A stretch of 61,003 nt of DNA, the filler included, from Sphacelaria rigidula (Eukaryota): assembly GCA_964200075.2 (NCBI GenBank). It is 7 parts of 7 records of this genome, joined end to end, with 100 filler letters (N's around TTAATTAATTAA, not from the genome) between each part and the next. Parts side by side here need not be neighbours in the genome. Positions count along the whole stretch, not along the records: positions 34,919 to 43,547 come from CAXNAA020010557.1; positions 43,648 to 52,275 come from CAXNAA020010558.1; 5 more parts are not named here. One strand, 5' to 3'. Each line of letters opens with the position of its first letter. Within the stretch, counting starts at the first letter, position 1. The position numbers were made by a program, and so were the translations under genes. This document shows positions 36,405 through 46,899 of this stretch, piece by piece. The notes under the pieces are model-generated. The model did no database searches and was not told the DNA's origin. It saw only the letters and a program-made list of their open reading frames with translations.

Positions 36405-38942
36405 ATGGATGGAAAAATGAAAGCTACCATGTGAGAAGTAACCTTGTGTTCCTGTCTCGTCGTCCCATACGTTCACACTGTAACGCTTTGTACAGTGGGA
36501 GTCCAACTACACTGCAATCAAAGTTATTGATCACAACGGAATTGCTACTGAAATACAAGTGGCTGTAAAACACCAGGAGAGGGCAGGCCCCCCGCATGAT
36601 GCGGTCCTTCCGGGTCTGCGACCCACTGTACTCTGCTGGGACCCCCACAGGATATATATTTCGCGCTCGGGATAGCTTTCATCCTTCGTAAGGGTGACCC
36701 TCATAGTGGCATTGTTTATATGGTTGATGGTTCTGGAGTGGAGTGACCATTACGGACAATAAGATTACCCTTCATGTCAGAGTGATCTCCTCTTTACCTT
36801 TCGCGATGTTTAATACGAAGCACTCTCAGGCGCTTGCCGTTACGCAAAAGCAGTATAAAACCGTTCTCACACCCCGTTCAGCTAACCCACACCGGGCGAA
36901 AATGTACGGGGTCGCGGACGCTCATCAGGGCGGTGTACAGGACGCTATCGGGTCACTTGTGAGGTGTCCAGGCGCGGTATTCGTCACTTTGCACCGAACA
37001 TTTCCGTTGTCCTTGAGTTCATGGCCAGCATAGTAAACACGCGCCCACCTCACATATTGTACGCTGTCAAGCACCATGTATGCGGTGGCTTGTGTGTAAG
37101 CTCACCACTGCAGCTTTCAAACACCAGCGATAGCCACGAGAAATCGCAGCACAGCACAGCAGCTCTTCCGTACCATTCCGATGATGAATATCGGGTGGCT
37201 TCGTCTATTCAACCTTTTGTGAGACCCATCTTATTTATGGTCAAACGTTATGTCGTGTCAGTACAAACGAATGAAAAACATGAAGTTACGGTAGGCCAAT
37301 ACTTTCTTTCCACGCCGCCGTTGTAGCTGATGACGCCTCGTGGGATATCTCGAAATCGTTTTCGACAGTGCATCTCGGAGTCGCTGTTTCCACCTAGGGT
37401 GGTGTTGTGGTTGCACAGCGTTTGCCGACGATGTTTGGGACAGCCCTGCTGTTTTGCGCAACGAAGGAGGCCCAGCAGGAAGATGAAAACAACCCCCCGT
37501 CCCTCACCATGCACCTGCAGATGGCTTCGCACGCCGGCGTACATCTGGTGAATGTTATTCCGCCGATACCAATGCATGGCCCTTGTCCCTATCGTGCGTC
37601 TGGGCGTTGTCGTTGCATATGGTGCCGTGTGGACCGAGTGTGCATCGAAATGAGCACAGCAGATGTGGTTGTCGTATTACTCTTGATTCGAACCCATCGG
37701 CTAGTTTCTGTTTTATTTGTGGCCTCGGTCACGGTGGCATGTCGTTCAATATTCCGGAGGTAACCGCAATTTGTCAACGAACGGGCGCAGCCTTGTACAA
37801 CTGGAATGTCGCTGGAACGTGCACAGAGGCCGTAGATTGACGCTAGTAGCACAAAATCGTTCGGGTGGGTTTCCCCTCAGCGGTTTCAAGCCTCATCACA
37901 ACTATTTGGCACGTCCTTACTGGTGTGACCGCATGTCGATACCATTCGAATTTTGTTCTTCACCGTCATTGTGTTCCTTGGTGTTTCCAACAAAGTTGTA
38001 CAACTGCGTCCATGTGGAGGGCTCACATGGTCACTGCAATGACACCTGTGGTGCATGAAGAACATGGCCGCTCCGGCTTGTCCCGTCCACTAATTCAGCA
38101 TCGCCATGACCCTCCTTCCATGCCATGATACCACTCGTGCGTTATTGCTGGCGCTGTTGAACATGAAAACTGCCTCCCCACACCATGCGCGCCCGTTCAA
38201 CTGTGTACCCCAGTATACATGGGTGGCCACTGGGGTGCCTACAACCTCAAATTTGGACATTACAGACCTTGTGCAACGTTCGTAACGTCCAAATTCGAGG
38301 TCGCAGGCACCCCAGTGGCCACCCGTGTATTGTTCATGTGATGCTGCACAGCTATCGCTGATATATATAGTCAGGCTTTCATTGTGCAAATATTTCTCGC
38401 TGGCTCGTCCTGTGTAACCTGAAACCCTGAGTTGGTTACTTCGACATAGATCCATGCGTCAGGTCCCTTTCATGGATGACTGGAGATTCTTTAGACATTG
38501 GCGTTGTGCTTTGCATGTTTCCCGCGACGTGATCATTCTGTTATCGTACCACATGAATACTTGATGCGCTCCCGTTCCCTGCTGCAAGAGTGTGGGGGAC
38601 GTCCCACTCGGTGGAACCATCTTGCGACTTGGTATCAGCTTACATGAAGCGTCATAAAAATTATATGCAGGCAGGTTCGTTTTTTCCAGAGTATGTGGAA
38701 CAATAACACGGCCATACGTTCTTCAAAGATTTTCAAATCGGCTCCACCCATGGCTCACGAGGTATGTTTTGTTGTCTTGTTATCTGTGCTACCGTAAGCA
38801 GTACGGCTTTGGATGAGCGCGACCGAAGAAGGTGACGGCCAGCGTCGCGGGCGAATAGCGCATCATCGAGCGCTGCTCCAAGCCATCTTAAAGCTCACAG
38901 GGGTACGAGGCGGGGTTCTACCTCGAGTACGGCAGGGCCGCA

Positions 38943-41348
38943 ATGTTGGATTTAAAGAAGGGACGGCTGTGCAGTGACGGGAGCTGCTCGGACAGGCCAT
39001 CGTATGGTGTAGCAGGAAGCACGAAGGCGGAGTTCTGTTGGAAGCATGTCAGGGCGGGAATGGTGAATGTGAAACGCAAGACGTGCAGCTACGAGAGTTG
39101 CTCCTCGCATCCGTCGTATGGTGTGGCGGGAGGCAAAAAAGCGGATTTTTGTTCCAAGCATGCCAAGACGGGAATGGTGAATGTAAGGAATAAGAAGTGC
39201 GGCTACGAGGGTTGTTCCTCGCGTCCGTCGTATGGTGTGGCGGGAGGCAAAAAAGCGGAGTTCTGTTCGAAGCATGCCAGGACGGGAATGGTGAATGTAA
39301 GGAGAAAGACGTGCGGCTACGAGGGCTGTTCCTCGGAACCGTCGTATGGTGTGGCGGGAGGCAAAAAAGCGGAGTTCTGTTCGAAGCATGCCAGGACGGG
39401 AATGGTAAATGTATGGAGAAAGAAGTGTGGCTACGAGGGCTGTTCCTCGCAGCCGTCGCATGGTGTGGCGGGAGGCAAAAAGGCGGAGTTCTGTTCGAAG
39501 CATGCCAGGACGGGAATGGTGGATGTAAGGGACAACAAGTGCGGCTACGAGGGCTGTTCCTCGCAGCCGTCGTATGGTGTGGCGAGGAGCACGAAGGCAG
39601 AGTTCTGTTCGAGGCATGCCAAGACAGGAATGGTGAATGTGAAGTACAAGACATGCGGCCACGAGGGCTGTTCCTCGCAGCCGTTGTATGGTGTGGCGGG
39701 AAGTAAAATAGCGGAGTTCTGTTCGAAGCATGCCAGGACAGGAATGGTGAATGTGAAGCACAAGACGTGCGGCTACGAGGGCTGTCGCTCGCATCCGTCG
39801 TATGGTGTGGCGGGAGGCAAAAAAGCGGAGTTATGTTCGAAGCATGCCAGGACGGGAATGGTGGACGTAAGGAACAAAAAGTGCGGCTATGAGGGCTGCT
39901 CCATGCATCCGTCGTATGGTGTGGCGGGGAGCACCAAGGCAGAGTTCTGTTCGAAGCATGCCAAGACGGGAATGGTGAATGTAAAGCACAAGACGTGCGG
40001 CTACGAGGGCTGTTCCTCGCAGCCGTCGTATGGTGTGGCGGGAGGCAAAAAAGCGGAGTTCTGTTCGAAGCATGCCATGGCGGGAATGGTGAATTTGAGG
40101 AAAAAGGACTGCGCCTATGAGGGCTGTTCCTCGCAGCCGTCGTATGGTGTGGCGGGAGGCAAAAAAGCGGAGTTCTGTTCGAAGCATGCCAAGACGGGAA
40201 TGGTGAATGTGAGGAACAAGAAGTGCGGCTACGAGGGCTGTTGTTCGCATCCGTCGTATGGTGTGGCGGGAGGCAAAAAAGCGGAGTTCTGTTCGAAGCA
40301 TGCCAGGACGGGAATGGTGGATGTAAGGAACATCAAGTGCGGCTACGAGGGCTGTTCCTCGCAGCCGTCGTATGGGGTAGCGGAAAGTGCAAGGGCGGAG
40401 TTTTGTTCGAAGAATGCCAGGACGGGAATCGTGGATGTAGAGGAAAAGACGTGCCCCTACGAGGGCTGCCTTACATCTTCGTCCTCTGAGGTAGCGGGAA
40501 GAACTCAAGCGAAGTTATGTTCCAAGCACGCTAGCGCGGGAATGGTGAATGTGAACAAATGCGGTGACGAGGGCTGCCCCGAATGTCCTTCGTATGGTGT
40601 GGCGGGAAGCAGAAGGACGGAGTTCTGTTCGAAGCACGCCAGGGCGGGAAGGATGAGTCGGGTGCCCACGAGATACAAGGAAGAGGGGTGCTCCAAATCA
40701 GCTCTCGATAGTGAGAACAATGGTAATGAAAATATCTTTCTCCGGCAGCATGTTGGTGCGCACAGTACAGCCGAGGTATTCGACTCTACGAAACTCAGCA
40801 CTCGGGAGGGCTCTCGCGACCGTAGCCCGACGGAAGGTGGTAAAGCAAGTGTTGCTAATGCACGAGGAGGGAAGCGCAAACGCGCAGCACTGTCGGGTTC
40901 TGTTGTAAACGACGATGTTAGTGCTCCCCGTAGTGTGTGCGTCGGTCCTAGGCAGGGTGTAAGAACGCCCTCGCTTTCAGGAAACTCACCTTTGCTCTTT
41001 GGATACCCACCTTCGAGGCCTTATGGTGAGGAATCGTTGAGAGCAAGAGAAGGAGCAGGATTGAAAGTGGAGCTGGCAGTCCCTTCTCCTGCACACGATA
41101 GCGACGGGGTGAGACAGGTTCGCGAGCAGGCTGCCCGTTCGGTTGGTCGGAGCAGCGAACCCGGTCGTGGTGGCTTCAATAGCAGTGGTGGTGGAAGTAC
41201 GGGACATCTCTGTGGTTCGTTGCAAGTGGTACCTGGATACCTGGAGGCATGTGATGATGTGGTTTTGGGCGGGGCAGAAAAGGATTCGAACGTGAAGTTG
41301 GAACTCGACGTATCTAGTCCTTCTCCCCGAACGTCTGATACATGGTAA
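38943..41348 (+). CDS. EsV-1-7 cysteine-rich repeat protein, 801 aa: 15 tandem C-x4-C-x16-C-x2-H repeats plus a low-complexity C-terminal tail
   Basis: Uninterrupted ORF with consensus CGYEGCSSxPSYGVAGGKKAEFCSKHARTGMVNVxxKx, which fits the EsV-1-7 domain of brown algae and phaeoviruses. A possible 5' acceptor lies at 38900. Confidence 0.93.
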   Translation: MLDLKKGRLCSDGSCSDRPSYGVAGSTKAEFCWKHVRAGMVNVKRKTCSYESCSSHPSYGVAGGKKADFCSKHAKTGMVNVRNKKCGYEGCSSRPSYGVAGGKKAEFCSKHARTGMVNVRRKTCGYEGCSSEPSYGVAGGKKAEFCSKHARTGMVNVWRKKCGYEGCSSQPSHGVAGGKKAEFCSKHARTGMVDVRDNKCGYEGCSSQPSYGVARSTKAEFCSRHAKTGMVNVKYKTCGHEGCSSQPLYGVAGSKIAEFCSKHARTGMVNVKHKTCGYEGCRSHPSYGVAGGKKAELCSKHARTGMVDVRNKKCGYEGCSMHPSYGVAGSTKAEFCSKHAKTGMVNVKHKTCGYEGCSSQPSYGVAGGKKAEFCSKHAMAGMVNLRKKDCAYEGCSSQPSYGVAGGKKAEFCSKHAKTGMVNVRNKKCGYEGCCSHPSYGVAGGKKAEFCSKHARTGMVDVRNIKCGYEGCSSQPSYGVAESARAEFCSKNARTGIVDVEEKTCPYEGCLTSSSSEVAGRTQAKLCSKHASAGMVNVNKCGDEGCPECPSYGVAGSRRTEFCSKHARAGRMSRVPTRYKEEGCSKSALDSENNGNENIFLRQHVGAHSTAEVFDSTKLSTREGSRDRSPTEGGKASVANARGGKRKRAALSGSVVNDDVSAPRSVCVGPRQGVRTPSLSGNSPLLFGYPPSRPYGEESLRAREGAGLKVELAVPSPAHDSDGVRQVREQAARSVGRSSEPGRGGFNSSGGGSTGHLCGSLQVVPGYLEACDDVVLGGAEKDSNVKLELDVSSPSPRTSDTW
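38970..40673 (+). repeat. Coding minisatellite, 114-bp unit x 15 (unit 14 is 108 bp)
   Basis: The first Cys codon recurs every 114 bp from 38970 to 40452, then at 40560. Confidence 0.97.
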
Positions 41349-41522
41349 ATGGAACCATTTTTCCCACCGATGCCGTTGCTCAAATTAAGGATGTATCAGT
41401 GCGGACTCGCGTATGTTGACGACGCAAACGACGCTTGATCGGCACGGAGTTTTCTCTTCTATGGATGCGAAACAGTTCGAGGGGTTCATGGGGTCCTGGT
41501 AGTATGGCTTCCGCCAGAATGA

Positions 41523-41962
41523 AACACGGGATCTTACAAATTGGGGGTGGATCTTTAATTAGGGATGAGAAACCCGGAGAATTGGAATCTTCGTATCCAC
41601 ACCAAATCTTCGAGGTATGGTTCCATTTCTTCACCTGCTGATAGATATTGACGACTACCACACGCTGTAGACATTGGGATTTCGATCACCGAGTATTTGG
41701 GGTCCGAGGTGAAAAACCAATTCTGGGGAATTCCGGGTGTCCGAACGGACGCCAGAATGGTTCCGAAATCGGTTTTTCACCTGGGACCTCAACATTTCGA
41801 TGATCGAAATCCAAATTTCTATGGCGTGTAGCAGTTGTCAATAGCTATCAGTAGGTGAAGAAATGGAACCATATTTCGAAGATTTGGTGTGAGCACGAAG
41901 ATTTTGATCCTCCGGGTTCCTCATCCCCAATAAAACATCCCCGATTTGTAAGATCCCGTGTT
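41523..41962. repeat. ~440-bp imperfect palindrome (foldback MITE-like)
   Basis: AACACGGGATCTTACAAAT (41523) pairs with ATTTGTAAGATCCCGTGTT (41962). Pairing continues to the centre GTCCG-AA-CGGAC at 41739-41750. Confidence 0.93.
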
Positions 41963-43647
41963 ATGAGAGTCTAGCATTCAGTCAAGAGGGAGAACCCAAA
42001 AAATAGAAATTTCTAATCAACACATCGAATGGTGGATTATTCCGGATTACGCCCTGCGCCGAGCCAGGCAAGAAGCACCTGAACTGTATTCTAACTCCCT
42101 TAGCGCCATCAGCCAGCAGAAATGTGAATCCAGATTTCGAGGAATGGTCGATTTGTATCTGAAACAGTTTCAGTTGTGAAATGCTCGTCCAGGCTATATA
42201 CGCTCTGTGTACCAGCTTGCCACTGGAGCCTCTGATGTCCCCCAGAAAGGATCTCATTGTGGAGCTTGAAGCACACGACATCGTTACCAGCAAACCGCAC
42301 ACACGAAAAATAGGCCAAGTCAGAGCGAATCATAAACTCTACTTGCAATTAACGCGAAACTCTCCATATTTCGAAACCCTGTTACGTCTCAGTACCAGAT
42401 TCCACCAGCGACCGAGGCGCCGTTGACTTAATTGCGTCAACCGTGCCCTTCAGTTTCAAGTTGCCAAGGGCTGATCGAACGTGACGTCTTGGTAGCAGTC
42501 GGCGACCCGACGAACCGCGACCCCACTCTGACTTGCGATTCGTATTTGTCCCCAACCTTGCTTGACTGATGGTGCAATGCCTACAGTAACTTTGTTCATG
42601 TTGTAACACAGCATTTGTACCCCCGAACAACAGCGCGTGCGGCGCATTTCATATCTCATCAAAGTCCACGCAGGAGAGTTGTTTTTTGCCACAGTATAGT
42701 CTTAGTGCTATAGTTGTAGAAACATATTCTGTCTATGGGATCTTGAAAGACATCATGATTCCACCTCGCACCTGAGGTCCAACTGGTGCTGTACACCTCA
42801 AGAATCGCTTAGGGCAGAGGTGGGGTTTTGCATCTATCTCACTTTGTAGATGGCTGGAGCAGACAAAACAAGGGTGAGCGATTGTTTGTTGATCATCTCG
42901 AAGCTGTGGCACAGTGCGGTGATGCGCTGACCCTCGATAACGACACATTCACAACCCGGACAGGACCAAGTGTCCATATCACCTGCAATCTCGGGAGATG
43001 GTTCACGTCGGGGTTGAAGGGTGGCAAACGATTAGCCGGGTCTGATGGTGGTTCTCATTCTTGCGTAGTCGGGCAGTCGAGTCAGCCTCTCCCTTTTTTG
43101 CGGGATTCATCGTGACGACTCGGGCCCAATTCATTGGCATTTTCTCAATTCTCTAATACTTCCTCTGTCCCAAAAGTAAAGGTCCTAATGGGGGGCAGAT
43201 CATATCTCGCCAATGGAGTTCCCTACGATGTTCAAGTTAGCTTTGCTGACAAGCTATTGATACGGTGATGTTCATAATTAAAATGACTCGGACTCACCGA
43301 GACTTATTGGGTCGAAACGTGGGAAATTTGCGGGTTTTGGGAACTTCTACAGTAGGGCGCTCTAGCCCCCATCGCGGAGCGTTACGGTGTCGGCGTTGGC
43401 TACCGAAGAAAGAGTTTGTCCCAGTGCAAAGCTCAGAACAACGAAACCGAGTTACTGGAGACGATCTTCCAGTAGTACAGAACAACGAATTGTGCGAATT
43501 GAGGTTTAACTTCGAGATGAGGCTCAAGCCTAAAACAGTGCTTTCCCNNNNNNNNNNNNNNNNNNNNNNNNNNNNNNNNNNNNNNNNNNNNTTAATTAAT
43601 TAANNNNNNNNNNNNNNNNNNNNNNNNNNNNNNNNNNNNNNNNNNNN

Positions 43648-43653
43648 ATAATA

Positions 43654-43699
<46 letters not shown>
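43648..43699 (+). repeat. (AAT)n microsatellite at contig start
   Basis: Direct reading. Confidence 0.95.
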
Positions 43700-43700
<1 letters not shown>

Positions 43701-44106
43701 TGCACGAGCCATGTATCACCTCTTTGTGAAAGGAAACGCCATGCGCTTTTTGTTCTTGTCGGAGCAGAAAAATACGCTGTCATCATCCACCATACAGCAT
43801 ATACCGTATCAATACTGTCGACACCTCCATTATTTCATTCCTATCTGCCAGTTCCTGCACAAAACGACGCTTCTCAGAAAGACGGAATCAAACTTGCTTA
43901 TCATATCGAGAAATGAAAAACGGATCGCCGCGTCCGAGACTTTCTTGGAGATGTACCACATCTATACATAAAAAAGAAGCAGCGTCTGCTGTGGAGGGAA
44001 TAGTAATGACAATATACACTTTGTATCGTTAGAAAAAACGAAGATAACCGTCAGGGAAGATCTACTTCCGAAAGAGAAAAAGGTCGCGTGAAATCGCTCC
44101 ACATCA

Positions 44107-44979
44107 GCCGGTCGGCCCGGTGGCTCAGCTGGTACTCCGAAACCTTCTGACGGTTGGGACGTGGGTTCGACTCTCGATGAAGCCGAACGGTCTTGATATT
44201 TGTTCTCACGTTATGAGTGACAGTGGAGAGCACCTCTGTCATAGGTACACGAAGTTCGACTATTCACGGTCGACGAGGGGAAGCGACCGCTGAACCAAGG
44301 GTCTGTCGAAAAATGGTCTCGGGACACGTAGGCCCCAAAAATGAAAATTCGAGTTTTCGAGGGGGGGCGGAGAGGGTTGCCGTGTACAGAGATCCTTGGC
44401 ATGGAGGTCGCTGAGACGGCGGACATGCACGCCACCCCCCCCAACCAAGCCCATCACCTACCATGATTACATTTATGGAATCATGTTCCGTGTCGTATGC
44501 CTCGAGTATCTACCAGTAATCTGGGAAAGTGTGGCGAGGCGTGAGACAATTTTTCTACCTTGGCTGCAGGCTTTCACTACAGTGCGCTCGTGTGCATACA
44601 TGTGTGTGAGCATGGCCGGCATCCGAGGTCATCGGGACAGAGCGGGTCAGGAGCAGGAGAGAACATAAGGACGTCGCAAAATCCACCAGACCATTCATTT
44701 TTTTTCTGTCTTTCTCGATTAATTTCTTCAAGAATGTTTGCCAAAAAACAACAAATCATGACAACGTCTGAAAAATTGCCCTCCGGTACGGGAAGGGGGG
44801 GGCTCCGTGCCCGAAAATCTTCCCCCGACAGACTCCAGGCTGGACCCTTCTCGCGATAGCAAAAACCGCAAGTATTGCAGAAGTTTGGGCACTGAAACAA
44901 AATAATAAATAAATAAAATGTAAAACCTCCTGTGTCGACCTTCCTCCTGTGAGACCCCGGCTGATGCGCCCACATATAC
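44107..44979 (+). mobile_element. tRNA-derived SINE split by an insertion
   Basis: A box TGGCTCAGCTGG (44121-44132) and B box GGTTCGACTCT (44164-44174). The body matches 36101-36404 on both sides of the insert. Confidence 0.82.
44297..44838. mobile_element. ~540-bp hAT-like non-autonomous element inside the SINE
   Basis: TSD GCTGAACC/GCTGGACC (7-8 bp) and short TIRs (C)AAGGGTCTGTCG / CGACAGACTCCAG. Confidence 0.75.
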
Positions 44980-45049
44980 CGAACGGTGTAGACTCGCGTG
45001 CAGAATAGACGGGATGGCAACACACATCCCCCCGATAAATCCTCGTGGG

Positions 45050-45373
45050 GATATTCTCGACATTTTCATCCAAAGCAATCAGCCGCTTCCAGTCTTCGAC
45101 ACCTCACCCCACCCATCATCAACAACAATAGCAGCGTCAAGACTTTCGCGTTACATCTTTCTTGCCGTCAGCGCCACCATGGGCACCACCAACGCGACGT
45201 CTTTGGAAACCGTGTTGGTGGTGCTGATGATGGTGCTGACGGAGAGGAATAGGTGAAGCGAAGGCCGTGACGCCTTCGTTGATGTTGATGAGAGGTGTTT
45301 CTACCGATGGATGAGGTGATGCGTCGAAGACTGGAAGCGGCTACTTGGTCCGGATGAAAATGGGGAGGATATT
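45050..45373. repeat. ~320-bp imperfect palindrome (foldback)
   Basis: CATTTTCATCC..AGCCGCTTCCAGTCTTCGAC pairs with GTCGAAGACTGGAAGCGGCT..GGATGAAAATG. Inner pair GCACCACCAAC / GTTGGTGGTGC. Confidence 0.85.
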
Positions 45374-45510
45374 TTAAGAGGGATCGTGGCGGGGGGGGGG
45401 GGGGGGGGGGGGTCTGTTTATGTTTGTGTTTGTTTGGTTGTGGTTGGTGGTGCCTGGGCTTTGTTTTTTTTTTTTTTTTTNNNNNNNNNNGTGGGGTGAG
45501 GGGGGTGGGT

Positions 45511-45546
<36 letters not shown>

Positions 45547-46899
45547 GGGGGGGGGGGGGCGGCGTGATTTCATGCGACCTTTTGGTATTCTCGGATTAGA
45601 TCTCCCATGATGATTATTTTCGTTCTTTTCAACGATACAGTAAAGTTTACTGTCGCCATTTCCAGTCCCGTTGTCTACAGCAGATGCTGCTTGTCATGAT
45701 ACATGTATGTGGTGAAGCCGCAAGACACTCTCGGACGCGGCGATTCTTTTTTCACTTACTCGATATTATGAGAAGGTTCGACTCCATCTTCCTGAGACGT
45801 CGTCGTTTTGCGCAGAAGCTAGTATATAGCGAGTTCGCTACTTCTGTCGTTGGATCGCAACGTCAACATCGATGACCTCGGTCAGCCAAAGGAGGGCTAA
45901 TCTACGAAGTTGCGCCATTCACCGTGCGTTACCAGCCGTATCCTTGATCATGTTCCTTTGAACCACACTTCGTGACTTCATCGGCGTCTTCCGCTTTCTC
46001 CCTGGGAGTGGATAGGGGTAGGGGTGGCGGGGAGAGGAGTGAGTAAACTTCGTACCAGAGTCACGTGAAAGTCCAGCCCGGTGAGACGACGCCATGGTTT
46101 TGGAACATACATGTATATACTGTATACCGTGAACGACCGAGTCCGCCGTACGTCTTGCATGTGTGTTTGAATGTAACGCAACGTCAATGAGCGATATCGG
46201 CGTCCTATTCTCCAGCGTATCCTGGTGTGTCGATTCTTTGTGTTGCGATCATTGAGAGTGACCGCGGCATTCGGGGACGCGAATAAGTTGGGAAGCCAAT
46301 CGAGAGATTCGTGCACAAAGTCTGGATGGGGAAGTATATCATGGATGGGTGAACCATCATATCGCATACGCGCATACAACCGCATGTCAAAAGGCAAGTA
46401 GTATGCGAGCATAGACCTGCATAAAACACTCATCTGTAAATCGGAAATTGATCTAAAGAAAAATGATAGATTCAAATCTGAAACGGCACATGATCATTTC
46501 AAAAACACAGGGTAAGGAACATACTGACGCACCGGAATACAAACCTACCGCCCGTCATGCCGCCCAGCTTTGCATACAAGGAGAAGATGGGTCACTGGAA
46601 GCGCTGTATTTCTCGAAGGAAACTCCGTACACTTGGCACGGCGCTTAACGAGCATCGATGAACATAGAAATGAAAAAATTGAAGAGGCACATAACTTGCG
46701 GGCATATTTTACACCGGCATGCAGCGTGCGTTGTCCTTTTCATGTACGCTTCGTTTCTAGTATATACCGATGGGTTCGTATTTTTCAGTCAAGTGTGACA
46801 AGAGGAGAAGACGCGCGCGCCACCCCAGAAGATGGGGTTTGATCCACACCGAGCGTTTGCGTGATGGCTATCGGTAGTCGTTGACAATTTGAATTTGTA

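Noticed and set aside
38952-40508. Long antisense and alternative-frame ORFs (38952-39794 -, 39049-39654 -, 39831-40508 -, 39197-39706 +)
   Set aside because: Shadows of the 114-bp repeat: a unit without a stop in one frame stays open in every copy.
38970-40673. CRISPR-like repeat/spacer array
   Set aside because: The units are contiguous, in frame and homologous along their whole length, with no unique spacers. It is a coding minisatellite.
44107-44185. Functional tRNA gene
   Set aside because: A and B boxes are present but there is no convincing acceptor stem, and the sequence continues into a body shared with 36101-36404, so it is a SINE head.
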